Origin: Monocercomonoides exilis PA203
Lineage: Eukaryota > Protista > Preaxostyla
Assembly (NCBI GenBank): GCA_001643675.2
Contig: LSRY02000003.1
Location: 2,294,001 to 2,358,000, forward strand
DNA length: 64,000 bases
Direction: 5' to 3'
Shown one piece after another: positions 38,779-52,394 of the stretch. The notes under the pieces are model-generated. The model had not been told where the DNA came from and ran no database searches. It saw only the letters and a list, made by a program, of their open reading frames with translations. The position numbers and the translations under genes are program-made. How positions within the stretch are numbered: position 1 is the first letter of the stretch; every line of letters starts with the position of its first letter.

Positions 38779-41119
38779 AGAAGAAGAAAGAGAAGAACGA
38801 GACTGAAGAGGGGGAGAAATATCAGAGAAAGAAGAAGAAGAAGAAAGATGAGGGTGAAATGAAGAATCGAATGAAGAATCAGAAAAAAGATGGTCAAAAA
38901 GAGAAGGTTTGAGGTTGGTTTTGAGGGGAGAAGGAAAAGAAGAAGAAGAAGAATTTAATGAAGAATTATTAATATTAATATTATTATTATTAATATCTGA
39001 AGAAGAGGAAGAAGAAGGAGAAAGAGAAGAAGAAGAGGAGGAGGAGGAAGAAGAAGAAGAAATTGCAGGGGATAGAATGGCAGAAGAAGAGAGAGAAAGA
39101 TCAGAAAGAGGAGAAGAATGAGAGGAGAACAAAGAGAATGGAAGAGAATCTGAAGAGGAGGAAGAGGAAGAAGAAGAAGAGGGAAAAGTTGAAGAAGAAG
39201 AAGAAGAAGATGATGATGATGAATCGAATACCGGTGAATTATTTGATTTTCTGTTATCTTTTAGTTCGTTTTCTTCAAAAGAAGAAGAAGAAGAAGAAGA
39301 AGAAGAAGAAGAAGAAGAAGGTTGATTAATATGATTATGATTTTTGTATTGCAATTGATGATGAAGATCTCTTTTGAAATGAGAAGGAGAAAGAGAAGAA
39401 GAGGAAGAAGAGGAAGAAGAAGAAGACATTTGATTATCTTCTAAAGGAGGAGAAAGAGAGCGAGAAGAAGAAGAAGAAGAAAGAGAAGAAGAAGAAGAAG
39501 AAGAAGAATTCATTGTATATTTATTGAAGACAGCCTGTGAATGGGAATAAGGGCAAGAGGAGCCCTTTCGACAGCTGCCAGAGAAGAAGTATTTACATGG
39601 GATGGATGAATGAGAAGAGGAAGAGGAAGAGGAAGAGGAAGAAGAAGAATGAGAAGAAGAAGAAGAAGGGGAAAGAGAAGGAGAGGATGAAGAAGAGGAA
39701 GAGGAGGAGGAGGAGGAAGAGGAAGGAGAAGGAGAGGAACCACGACGAGAATGAGAAGGGGTATAAATAGAAGAAGAAGAAGATGAGGAGGAGGAGGAAG
39801 AAGAAGAAGAAGAAGAAGAAGAAATATCATTTGAAGAAGAAGAAGAAGAAGAAGAAGTAGAAGCAGAAGAAAGACCAATTCGATGGAAAGAAGGGGAAGG
39901 GTTGGGAATGAGAGGAGGGAGATTGGCAGAAGGGAGAAGAAGAATAGTTTGAGGATGAGAAGAAGAAGAAGAAGAAGAAGAATTTGAAGAAGAAGAAGAG
40001 GAAGAGGAAACAAATGAATGAGAAGAAGAAGAGGAAGAGGAAGAGGAAGAAGGAGAAAGAGCAGGAGAAAGAGGACGAATTCGATGAGAACGAGAAGGAG
40101 TAAGTTGAGAAGAAGAGGAGGAGGAGGAAGAAGAAGAAGAATTATGATTATCATTGGGAGAAGAAGAAGAAGAAGAAGAAGGAAGGGTTGGGGGAGAAAG
40201 AGATTCAGAATGAGAAGAAGAAGAAGAAGAAGAAGAAGAAGAATTGAATATATCTGAAGTGCTAATGGAACTATGTTTGTTAGAAGAAGAGGAGGAAGAG
40301 GAAGAGGAAGAGGAGGAAGAATTATCATTGGAAGAAGAAGAGGAGGAAGATTGATCAATAGAAGAAGGAGTCCAAATAGAAGATTGATACAATGAAGAAG
40401 ATGATGATGATGAAGAAGAGGAAGAAGATGAAGAAGAAGAAATATGATCGGAAGAAGAAGAAGAAGAAGAAGAAGAAGAATTTCCATGTGTGTATTCATG
40501 ATTACTTCCTTGCGCTAATTGGTTATTATTATTATTATTATTATTATTGACAGAGCTGATGGAGATGATGGGGATGGAATAAGAAGGAGGCTTGGCAAAG
40601 AGAGGGGTCGGATGGGCAGTGACACGAATGATGGAGCCTATTGGCTGGGAGAGAGAGGAAGAGGAAGAGGAGGAGGAAGAGGAAGAGGAGGAAGAGGAAG
40701 AGGAGGAGGAGGAGGAGGAAGAGGAAGAAGAAGAGGAAGAAGAATTTAATGAAGAAGAAGAAGAAAGGGAAGAGGAAGAGGAAGAAGAAGAGGAGGAGGA
40801 AGAAGAAGAAGTGATTGAAGAAGAAGAAAATAAACCAGGGGAAGAAGAAGGAGAAGATGAAGAAGAAGACGAAGAAGAAGAAGGTTGATATACAAAAGAA
40901 GGTGCAGAAGAAGAGGAAGAAGAATTTGTTATTTTAGATGATAATTCTTTATCTTTATCTTTCTCTTTCTCTTTCTCCTTCTTCTTATTGCTTCCACTTA
41001 TATTGCTATGAGAAGAGGAGGAGGAAGAAGAGGAAGAAGAAGATGATGATGATGATGATGATGATGATGAATTTAAGTTATTATCAATTAAAGGAGAAAG
41101 AAGAGGAAGAGAAGAAGAA

Positions 41120-41152
<33 letters not shown>

Positions 41153-41408
41153 TTTCTGTTTTTCTCATTTTTCGTCTTCTCATCAGAAGTTTTATTGTTT
41201 TTTGTGATATTTTTGGTTTCTATTGGTTTATTATTCGAATTACTAATGTTATTATTATTATTATTGTTCATTTCTTCATTGATTATCTTATCATTGTTTA
41301 TTTCAAATGAAGAAGAAAGAGAAGAGGAAGAAGAGGAAGAAGAAAGAGAAGAAGAAGGAGAAGGAGAAAAATCCAAAGAAGAAGAAACATTATCCCATTT
41401 GGAAAAGA

Positions 41409-41439
<31 letters not shown>

Positions 41440-41775
41440 AGAAATAGGAAAAGAATAAGGAAGAGAAAGAGAATTCGAGAGAGAAAGAGAGAGAGAAAGA
41501 GAAAGAGGATCAAAAACAGAGGAAGAAGAAGAAGAAGAAGAAAGAGAAGCATCTTTTAATTGCAAAGGAAAAGAATCAGGAGAAAAAGAAAGACGTTTTG
41601 TGTAGTCAGCATTGGGAGAGGAGAGGATGTTAGAAGAAGAAGAGGAAGAAGAAGATGATGATGAAAGGTTCTATTGATTAAAAGGAATAAAGAAATACAA
41701 ATAATCAAATAAATGAATGAACGAATACATTAATTAATTAATTAATTGTTAACAAAAATTTTTCAATCAATCAAT

Positions 41776-41831
<56 letters not shown>

Positions 41832-43465
41832 AGAAGAAGAAGAAGAAGAAGAAGAAGAAGAAGAAGAAACCAAAAAAAGTAATCAAAAGAACAAACCTTA
41901 TTGAATGAATCTTCACTTCCCTCTGACTTGTTGCTTTTTCCTTCTCTCACATTGTTATCATAATCATTTCTATTATTATTATCATTATGCCTCTTCTGTA
42001 TCTGAATGTATTTCTCCCTCTCTCCTCCTTCTCCTTCTTCTCCATGTGGAGGAGTCGACAAAGCAGCCAATGATCCCAATGAATCTATTGTATTTAGCTG
42101 ATGAATTTGATTAATTTGACTTAGAGGATCAATAGGATTAAGATGATTAATAGAATTATGCATATCCATCATCTCCCATGTCTTCATTGTCTTCATTGCC
42201 TCTAATGAATCTATAGATTCTATGGATTCTATTGTTTCCAGTGGCTCTAATGATTCCAATGACACTAAAGGATCAAGTGCTGGTGAGAGAGGGAGCAAGA
42301 AGGAGGTGAACGATAAAGCTTCATCCTCTTTATCTTCTTCTATCTCTCCTTCTCCTTCTTCTCCTTCTCCTTCTTCTCCTTCTCCTTCTTCTTCCTCTGC
42401 TTCTTCTTTGGTTGTTCTAGATGATTTCTTTTGTAAAGACAAGTCATTTTCATTTTTTCTTTTGTTTCTGCTATATTGTTCTTTCTCAATTGAATCATCT
42501 TCGTTCATCTTCTTCTCTTTCTCTTTCTCTTTCTCTTTCTCTTTCTCCTTCTTCTCATTCTTCTTCTTTTTCCCCTTCTGTGTGAATGATGTTATCTCTA
42601 TCTCCTTCATTCCCCTGTCAACTGAAGGAAACAATAGAGATGATTGTCTGCTTGCTATTGGAGGAGAAAGAAAGGCTGATTGTATTTGATGGCTTGTTTG
42701 TGGATGCTGAGTGGAGAGAGAGAGAGAAGAAGAAGTAGAAATAGAAGAAGAAGAGGAATAAATAGAAGAAGAAGAAATAGAAGGGATAGAAGAAGAAGAA
42801 GAAGAAATAGAAGAAGAAGATCCAGAAACAGAGTGAGAGCGTATGTGTGTGGTTGGATGATGTTCTGCTCGTGAGGTTGAACGAGGTCGAGTGTGTTTTG
42901 CTTTCTTCAGAGGTGAACTGACTGTTGAGGCAGGAGAAATATTAGTTGGGGATTGCGAAATGGATGGGAAGTAAAAGGGGGTTCCGGAAGGAGAAGGGAC
43001 AAAGGAAGACGGAGAAACAGGAGGAGGCGGAGGAATAACAGAGCAATCGTGAGGAGTTGGAGTGGATGGAAACAGAGGAAGAGGAGAGGGAGAGGAAAGA
43101 GATAGGGAATCAGATGGAGAATTGGTCCGCTTTGAAAAGGTTCCGGGTATGATAACACGAGCGCGAGGAGAACATAAAATGTCATTTGGAGACGATGCGG
43201 GATAGGATGGTGAAGGAGCAGTTACAGAGTGGATAGATTTTTCAGGTGACTTTGTACCATCGATGTTAAACATTTCTTCATCAGAAACTGAACGTGAAAA
43301 AATAAATTCACCAACGGAGGAAGATATTCCAGATGTCTCAAAAGCGTTGAAAGGTTCTAATGTTGGTCGTTTTTCTGGAATGGGAGATGCTGCATCGAAA
43401 GTAAGTATTGGTTCTCTTGTTCTTTGGTCGATAAATGCATCTTCATCTAAAGCGAACATGCACAT
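35741..43465 (-). CDS. Very large Ser-rich makorin-like CCCH zinc-finger protein (3 exons)
   Basis: CKYFFSGSCRKGSSCPYSH, and across the intron (~36366-36843) CFFHAKGKCKYGDSCWDI|HGQPCPHCGAKVIHP...HRPNC, i.e. C3H plus the makorin Cys-His motif. A further intron lies at ~41670-41896. Confidence 0.75.
36380..36800. repeat. Intronic microsatellites (GA)n, (GAAA)n, (GAAAA)n
   Basis: Directly visible tracts at ~36405-36535 and 36742-36800. Confidence 0.9.
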
Positions 43466-44088
43466 AATGTAAATTTTACAAAAAAAGAGCAGTCAAACCA
43501 TTCTCTTTTAAAATTAAAGAATTTTGGCCAAAAGTTTGAGATAATTGGTGATTATCTTCTACAGTGATATCTTCACCATTTAAACTTTCTGGAATATCAT
43601 ATATTTTCAAAATATTCAATAATAACAAATAATTTCATGCCTTCCAGTTTTGACTGAAGAGGAAGTGGATGATGCACAAAAACGAAATGATCATGGTTAT
43701 CAGTAAAAGTAGTTGTCATCAAATATATTGCTACAATTTAAGGAAGAAGAAGATAAGAAAGGCGAAGTTCCAAGACAAGAAAGTGTAAAATTGCCAATTT
43801 GCGGAAAAAGACCCAACAGCCCAAATCCAAACAACTTAACCTATCTATAAAGGTTAGATCTGATAAATATGTGATAAATTGAAAGATTGTTGTATGTGAC
43901 TTACTAATATTAAAAAGCATATGGTGCAATCAAAAATCATTTTCTCAAAATAAGCAACCAAAACAAAAAATCTTTTATCCATATCATTTCTTGGAAATAA
44001 TTATTGAACGGAGCCAAAGAAAAGATAGCTTTTAATTTTATTGCATGCAAAATGCATTTAATAACAGCAATCTTGCCCATCTTATTCA

Positions 44089-46163
44089 ATGTTTGTTTTT
44101 ATGTTTAATTCATTGTATATGCAATTGATGTGTTTTTCTTTTTTTCACTTATTGAATAAAGCTGTCATTGAGCAATGCGTAACTCAAGCACTAGAAGCTA
44201 ATTTAGAAAATTTAAGAAGTTGTATAAGAATTGCTTCAGAAATGCCTTTGCCAGAACTTGAGAAAGAAATAGATGAATCTATTTGCGCAAAAATTCATCT
44301 TCTTTTAACTTCTGGATCACTTAAAACTCAAGAAAGAGATTTATTAATATATTTACTTTTGATAATTTCTTACAAAGGTTGTCAATTGGTCGATCTTTAC
44401 AATAAGAACAAGTTTTATGATCTTTGGCATGCAACAGAAATCGTTCTTTATTTAATTTCAATGATAACCAAACAAAAAGCATCGCAATCTTCATTTACTG
44501 AAAATGATGTTCATTTGATATTGACTTTTTCATTTATCCACAAGCATGAAACTCTTCCTCCTCCATTATTGGAACAAATATTTTTCATATTATCAGCTCT
44601 TGCAGCGCTTCCTCTTACAACTTCCATAAATAGAGAACGCTCGGAGATGGCAATATTAGCAATTCGTTGTTTATGTGAAGATTGGAGTTTGTTCCGGTTT
44701 TTAATTAAACTTGACTTTCTTTTATGAAATTATATTTTTTTCATTATAAACCATTTTTTTTTTTTTGTTTTTAAATATGAAACTCAGGCAACTGTAATAC
44801 TCTTGTCAAACTTCATTTCCAGATACCAAAGTTAGCCAGCCAATTGCTCGAAGACAGCGAAGAAAGATCTCTTCCACCCGAACTATTGATACACAAAGAA
44901 GATGATGAATCAGAATATAATCGGAGAGAAAAAAACTGCCAAATATCGAAAGAGACACTGTTCAATGCGAGTGTTATTTCGTATTGCCTGTTTGAAATAG
45001 ACAGCAGGCAGATGAATGCTTTCAATTCAAAACTTCCGTTTTTTCGTGTTGTGTCATATTTGCTGGATGATGTAGAATTTGTCACTGATGAAAAGGGTTG
45101 TATTCGAATTTCTTGTTCAATGGCTGAAAATTTCAATTGTTTTTCTTCTTTCAATCAGAGCGATCTTTCAACTTCTGCATCTTCATCATCATCTTCTTCT
45201 TCTTCCTCTTCTTCTTCTTCTTCCTCTTCCTCTTCCTCTTCCTCTTCCTCTTCCTCTTCCTCTTCCTCATCTTCCTCATCTTCCTCCTCCTCTTCCTCCT
45301 CTCCTGTCAACACTCACAACATCAATGGTAATTCAACTTCTTCTTCTTCTTCTTCTCTGATTCATTCTTCTTCTCAACAAGAAAAAAGAGAGTCTTCTAC
45401 GTCTCAAACTTCTTCCTTTTTCTCTCCCTCTCCCACCCTCACATCACATACCCTCTCCCTCAAACCAAATAACATCCAAATATCCTCAAGGCCAACAAAT
45501 TCCCCTGTTCCCTTTCACGTTCTCACTCGCATTTCGAATGTGCTCTGGATGATTGGACTTGTTCTGAAGAGACACAATCAAATAATTCCTGATTTTTTAA
45601 GCAATTCTTCACTCTTTCGCAAAATTCTCTCTTTTTGTCTTTCTCCTCACAGATGCTTCTGCTGGAGGCTGGGAGCACATAACATTGTTTATTGTCTTGT
45701 TCAGCACATAAAAAAGGAAGAGCTGATTTGTCTGTGGAGAAACGGGGCGATTTCAGCTGTGTCCAGCTGCCTCTTGCTCGAAAATGAGTGCTGCTTTGCT
45801 GTTCAGCTCAGGGCGCTCTTTGCAATCGATGCGTTTGTCAGCAGAATGAACGAGGCAAATCACAAAAATGGAGAAGAAATTAAGAGATTCTGGTGTGAAT
45901 GGAATCAAAGATGGGAGGAAGAAGGTATGGACGATGCTATGGTGGCTTACTCCCATCATCCAGAGACGACTCTTTCGTGGATGTCTGGCAGACTTGCTAA
46001 TTCGGCTAGCTATAAAGTTACATCAAATCGTTTGACTTTAAGTCATGATTTTATTTGGAAGCATTTGCAGACTTTTCCTCTAGCAAATTTTTATTTAATT
46101 TTTGTTTTAATATTTGTTGCATGCCTTTTTCATGCATTGTGTAAAAATGGTCTTTTACAATAA
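44089..46163 (+). CDS. Hypothetical helical-repeat (ARM/HEAT-like) protein with poly-Ser insert; true 5' end uncertain
   Basis: ORFs 44089-44727 and 44844-46163 join in frame via an intron (CEDW a|gtttgt...ctcag|gc, giving SNCNTLVKLHFQIPKL). Leu-rich helical composition. Confidence 0.55.
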
Positions 46164-49100
46164 CATTTTCTTTTATTTTTCATTCAAAAGGAGGAAATTA
46201 CGCCAAATGCAAACTTCATCAATAAGAATTATTTTTTGATCGAATTAATTCAAATTATAAGAATGATCAAGATTTTTGTTTTTGACTTTTTAAAGTTGTT
46301 GCAAATGTATTTTTGAAATATACACGCTTGAAAAATAAAGATTGCATATACGGTTAAGCTGAGCTAAAATGAGGGAAAGATCTTTTGTCCTTGTTGAATT
46401 AATGAATTGCATATCAATTTATTGCATATTGCACAAAGTGCATTTTTTTGGGGAAATTGTAATTGTAGCCTTTTTTCATTTTTGAGTTTGATGATAAAAC
46501 TCAAATTATTATGAAAGAGTAAAATGGTTTGTTTAATTTTGTGAGAGAATATGAGATACACACACAAGTTATTGATATTGTTTTAATAATTTGTTAATTT
46601 ATCTCAAAAATAGAAAGATGTCAAGAAGTCAAACGCAAAGGAGAAAATTCCAATGAGGTGTTTGAAAGAAATTACATCGAAATATTTTTGGAAGATTTTT
46701 TGAATTTTTTTGTTCATTTTTAGTAATCAAATGTTTCTTGATCATTTAAATGGTAAATTTGATTTTATTTGTTTAGAGTCAAACATAGTAATTTTGAGAA
46801 GTGATTATTTTAATTAATCATAAGAATTGGTATGAATCTTCGACATGTGGCGACCGTTTCACGCGTAAGTCTATGAGGGATTGTCAATTCGTTTTGAATA
46901 AATGGCATTCATCTCGAAAAAGTGCGCGAATATTAATTTGGCCTAACCTGGAACATTTGAGAAATCAAACTTTATTTTTTGATTTCAATAACAATTCGTT
47001 CGTTTATGTGTCCAAATACTATGCTTTATATGAATTCTAATGATATTTTTGTTATTTTTTTTTTTGAAATCTAACTTATATTGTTTGCTTGTTTATTATT
47101 CTTCTATTTTTTATTATTAGATTACTCAATTTTTTGGAAAATAATTTTGTTGTTTCTTTACCGTGATGAAGGTTTGAAAAGCGTTTTGGTTTTGATTTGA
47201 ATAGAGAATGAAGCGAACATGCTTTGAAGGCTCAATTCTAATTTTTTTTTTTTTAAATTAACGATGCACCTTTTTGAAACATTATGTTTATGTTATAAGT
47301 TTTGTTTCACTCCTGGTGCAAATATTTTCCGCTATATCCAAATGATGTCAGGAGTTTATTTCATTCCTGATAGTTCTCTCCAAGTAGCGAACAATTCATT
47401 TTTGTAGTTTTTTTCTGATCGTATTATTTTTTTTTTAACTTATTTTGCATAATTTAAAATTAATTATTTTGATAGAGTTTTATGTAATTCATAGAAAATA
47501 TTCGGAGAAAAATATCTTTCATGTATCTTTGTTGATAATTCGAGTGTATGCTTTAAAAACTATTGATAAAGACATAAATATTCTTTGGAAGAAAAATGCG
47601 TTTGTTTAGGATGAGAGATAATCTTTCATGTCTCTGGTTCTTTGTACAACGCAAATATTAAAAAGAAATCTTGAGTAATTTTGTCCTGTTGTGATTGGGA
47701 TTATTTTATAATCAAAACAGATAAAGTTACTCATACATTTTGTTCATGTTTTGTTATATTATCACAACTAGAAATGTATTTTATTATTTTCGGTAGGATA
47801 TTTCATTTTTTCTTTTCACAAATTATTATGATATATATCGTTGAATATGTATTTGTGTTAACTCTATCGCAGTTGCTGTGAATATAATTTTTTGAATTGT
47901 GAATAAATAACAGAATTTTGCGAAGCATCTGAATAATTCATTAAGTTTAAAAGACAATGATTATGAAATGAATAGTTTTATTTTTTATTTTTCCAATTCA
48001 TTGCTAATATAGGGATTTTTTTATTCACTAACTGTATTGAAATATGAAACAAAGCGGTTATAAAGACAAATTGACCAAATAATATTGTAAGTTTTATTAA
48101 GTAATTTGCGGGTTAACAGATGGCATTTAATAGTAATAAAAAATGTTGAAGTATTTTATTTTTATTTTTTTAACAATTTCATTTTGCTTAATTTTATTTT
48201 TTATTTTTTTTTTTTTTAATCAAATTTTTAGAATTTATTGTACTCACTTTTGATGTGAATGTGGAAATTTAAGCTTTGACAATACCAAAAATACCAAAAT
48301 TCGAAATATACATACATAAATATGTTTCAGTCCATTCAAAAGTTGAATTTGGTTTATCAAACAATCTGTGTTTGAAAATGTTTTTTTATTAACCTTTTTT
48401 TATTTTTTGGGTTGAATTCAGACGATTTATTTACAATGAAAATTTGTTTTTTCTTAATAACTATTTAATTAACAAACAAGAAGAAATAGTTTGTGTTTTG
48501 AATGAAAAAATTGGTGGAGTGTCTTGATACACAACGATACAAATTCTTGGTGTTTGTTTTTTTAAAATGTTATAGTAAAAAATTTTTGTAAAAAATTTCG
48601 TATCTGCTAACTCCTTATTTTTGTTGAAAAAAAAACAAAACCATTATCTGTCAAAAATAGATTTTTTTAAAGGAATTAATAGATAATCGAAGAAATAAAT
48701 TTGTCTCAATTCACATTCAGATTCATCTATTCGATCGGCTACACCGAAAAAATCAGATCCTCCTTTTGTTTCTTTATCATTTTCATTCATATTTTCATAT
48801 CACTTTCAAAAATTCATCAGTTTCAACTTTTTCTATTTTATCGAATATTTTTTAACATTTCCTGGTTTAATCACTTGCAACTTTTGAAAAAAATGTTCCA
48901 ATTCAAATGTTAATGATCTTTTTATAACAAAGTTCTTCACAGAGTTCTATATGAGTGTTATTCTTTTTGAAAAGTCGCGAATGTTTAATATCTTGGTAAC
49001 ATAAAATTGAACCTAAGTTGGTCATTTTTGTTAACAAATCCATCAAATTTCACCATTGTGCATTTAATCACATATCCAAATAGGTTGCATATTTATGTTT

Positions 49101-49455
49101 GTTATATGATTTTGTTCGATGGATATGGATGATTATTTTTGAAATCATATTTTTTTGAACAAAAAATTCGATTTGATAATATCGTTTTGTATATTGATAA
49201 ATGTACACAGAAAAGTGATAAATCCTATAAAGACCATCTTTGCATTTCATTTTCATCAAATATTGGCTTTTGACGCAATTGAAATGATTTTTTTATTTCA
49301 AAGATTAATTGATTCTCTTTGACAATGAATTATCAAAATAATCAGCATCCCTAAAAAAGTTATGATTTCAAAAATAATCACCCATATCAAGCAATAAATG
49401 ATCTTTTTGAGTTCATTTTTATTTAACCTGGATATTAAACATTTGCGACTTTTCG

Positions 49456-49528
<73 letters not shown>
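49456..49528. repeat. Poly-A tract (~70 nt)
   Basis: Directly visible. A similar tract at ~41777-41829 is intronic. Confidence 0.9.
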
Positions 49529-49531
<3 letters not shown>

Positions 49532-50821
49532 TTGCGTTTCGAATTGTTGGACAATGTTTGCGTCTTCAAAAAGTTTGCATATAAATTCATTTTTTTTTAC
49601 ATCGAAAAATATTTGTTATTGCCATCTGTTAGATGATTGACACAAAATGGACAAGTTTTTGATTATCTCTTGTTATTTCATCAAAACGATTTTTTCACTT
49701 ATTCATCTGTGTCAATTCTGCATTTTTATTATCTTTTTGAATGATAGATCAAATATTTGAAATCTTGATATTTTTCACGAATTATTTCAAAATGATAGAA
49801 TTCTTTTGTCCCGATGAAAACATGAGATTTTTCATTTTGATTACAAGAATTATTAATTAGTGCAATTGATGGTGTGTCAGATTAAATTCAAATTCGATCA
49901 CTCAAATCATATAATTTGTGTTTATTTGGATAAAAATGAATATATCAAAAAATGAGAAAAAACAAATTGCTATTTGAAAAAAAGCACTCAATAAACGAAT
50001 TCATAAACAATCAATATTTCAGTTTGTTGTGGTGTTTTTTGTTGTTGGAAAATATTTTTCAATGAAAAGAAGTATTTTACTGTCTTTAATATGAATATTG
50101 AAGAAGAAGTGAAATCACAATAACCAATGGCAAAATGGGTTTGCCAATAGTTTATTTTATTTATTAAAAAAAAAAAATAAAATAAAAATAAAAACATCAA
50201 AACACTAATTCAAATAAATATCAATAATTGTTGTGAGGATTGAATATTCACAAAGATATCCACAATTATTCACGCTCCAAGAAAAATAACATTTTTGAAA
50301 AAATCAGAACAAACAAATAACTCCGTTTCGACAACAACAACAATTTACAACTCTTTCAAATTTTGATAATAGCAAACCGCAAACTCATCATTTTGTGCAC
50401 AAAAATTCTCATTTCAAATTATTTTATTGTGCGGCAAATACAAAGAAAAAGAAAAACAAAGAACAGATATTTTTTTATCAATCTTTTTTCGCCTTTACCA
50501 CAGAAAGCACAATCGTTCAGAAGGCAAACAGAATGAAGATGCTCACAACAAATATCATAATCTCAGTCAACGCGTTATTCCAATTTCAAACAACACTCAT
50601 TCTTTCCACAAAATAATTCATGCTCTAATGAAAATCTTTTTCTTCTTCTCCTGCTGCATCGCTCACTCGTTCAAAAATAATATTCCAAAGAAAACCCAGA
50701 AAAAAAGCAATTATAAAATTTAGATTCCAATAATGATCAATCTACCATCCGTTTCATAATCATCATCGTGAATGCACACTTTACAAATATAATTCTATTC
50801 TATTTCTATTGATTTATTCTT

Positions 50822-51751
50822 TTGCTCACCAAAAACCCCATTGATGGCGCCATCCTCCCCAACCTCAACAGTCCATCCACTTCTCTCTCTGCCTTCAATG
50901 CATCTTTTCTTCACCAAACACGATCTTCATCAAATGCCCCTGTTGAACACATTGGAAATGAAACTCAAAGAGTGAAACTTGGAAGATTGACTTCATTCGA
51001 TGAGAACAGCCATAAATTTGAATGGTGCGAATGGAATAATTCAAACGGTGGTAGTGATCATGGAGGTGCACTTAAAGTTGTTTGCACAAATGCAAATCTC
51101 ACAATCACTTCTTGTTCATTTTTCAATTGTTCGAGTGGTGATCATGGTGGAGCGTTGCGTTGCGATAACCTGCTGAAAATTGACATCTCAAAATCCAATT
51201 TCACAAGCTGCTCAGCTGCTCATGGGGGAGCAAATTGCATTGCTTATCCTCAATCAAATTCTGTTTATTCATTTTCAGAAAACAGAGTTGAAAATTGTTC
51301 AATAACAAATTGGTGTGGAACCGGTTGGCTTTTTGGACTAAATTATAATCAGTTAAATTTTCAATTTGTGTTCTCCAAATGCAAGTGCATCTCAAATTCC
51401 GGTGGAGATTCAGCGGGTTCTCTCACATTCAATAATCCTCCAAGCAACAAACCAAGTCAGTATTCATTCAATGATTGCCACTTCATAAACAACAATCTGA
51501 CTGCCTCTTCCACATATGGCGGCGCTGCCATTTATTTTCATTCGACTTATTCCTGGATGAATGGAATGAAATTCATCACATTCTGTTTTTTCGATGGAAA
51601 CACTGCCAAAAATGGCAGAGGAAATGATGTGTTCTTCAGTGGTAATGCAATCACTCAATCCCCATTTGAGAATTGTGGATCAACAACTCCAACGGAAAGA
51701 GTGTGGAACGCAGGAACTGCTGATAATGCTGAATATAATGGCTGGCCGTAG
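50822..51751 (+). pseudogene. Beta-helix surface protein family, copy 8 (5'-truncated, open frame)
   Basis: Starts abruptly at TKNPIDG with no ATG, carries the full core, and ends ADNAEYNGWP*. Confidence 0.8.
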
Positions 51752-52394
51752 CTTATCTTTCCTTCTCTAATTTTTCCAATGAAAAGTCTTTCTAACTTTC
51801 GTCTCTTATTTTTGCTTTCTCTATTTTCTCCTCTCCTTGCATTCTTTCTTTTCTCTCAAATTTGATAGTTTATTTCCTGAATCTCGTCATTTGCCCCTGT
51901 TTGTTTTACCGCTTCTCAAAATTACCCTCCGTTTATCCAAATACTTTCCTTCCAAAATCCAACATTCAACTCGAATCTCCTCTTCGAAACATCTCTCTTT
52001 AATCCAAAAATATCTTCAACCCTCTCAATCTCATTTCCATCTTGAATGAATCCGAGATTAACAATTTCTTTCTCTTTCCTCTTCTATTTTTTATTTTTTA
52101 TTTTTTTCCTTCGGTTGTACAATTTCTCTGTTTCTTTCTCATTTCATTCATGATCTCTGATGATGAAACAAATCATGAAGAAATTCAAAATAGATGAAGT
52201 ATATGTTGAGGAAATTGTTGTGTTATATGTTGTTGATGTGTTTGAAGAAGAAGAAGAAGAAGAGAAATAAATTAATGAGATAATTGAAGGCAGAGAATTG
52301 TGAAGATAAATGAAGACAAACAAAAATGAAGATGTTCGCAGAAATCGTTTAATTTCAGTTTTTTCAACATTGAGTTCATCTGGCAAATAAGATC

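Noticed and set aside
36276-42874. Numerous poly-K/E/R/L/F ORFs
   Set aside because: Alternative-frame and antisense shadows of poly-Ser tracts and microsatellites.
47308-47356. Hairpin ACTCCTGG...TCAGGAGT as an ncRNA
   Set aside because: Short stem only, with no convincing tRNA or snoRNA boxes.
46200-50800. Short ORFs and poly-A as a retroposed gene
   Set aside because: AT-rich with no recognisable coding signal or TSD. Only faint similarity to the 2.3-2.9 kb intergenic DNA.
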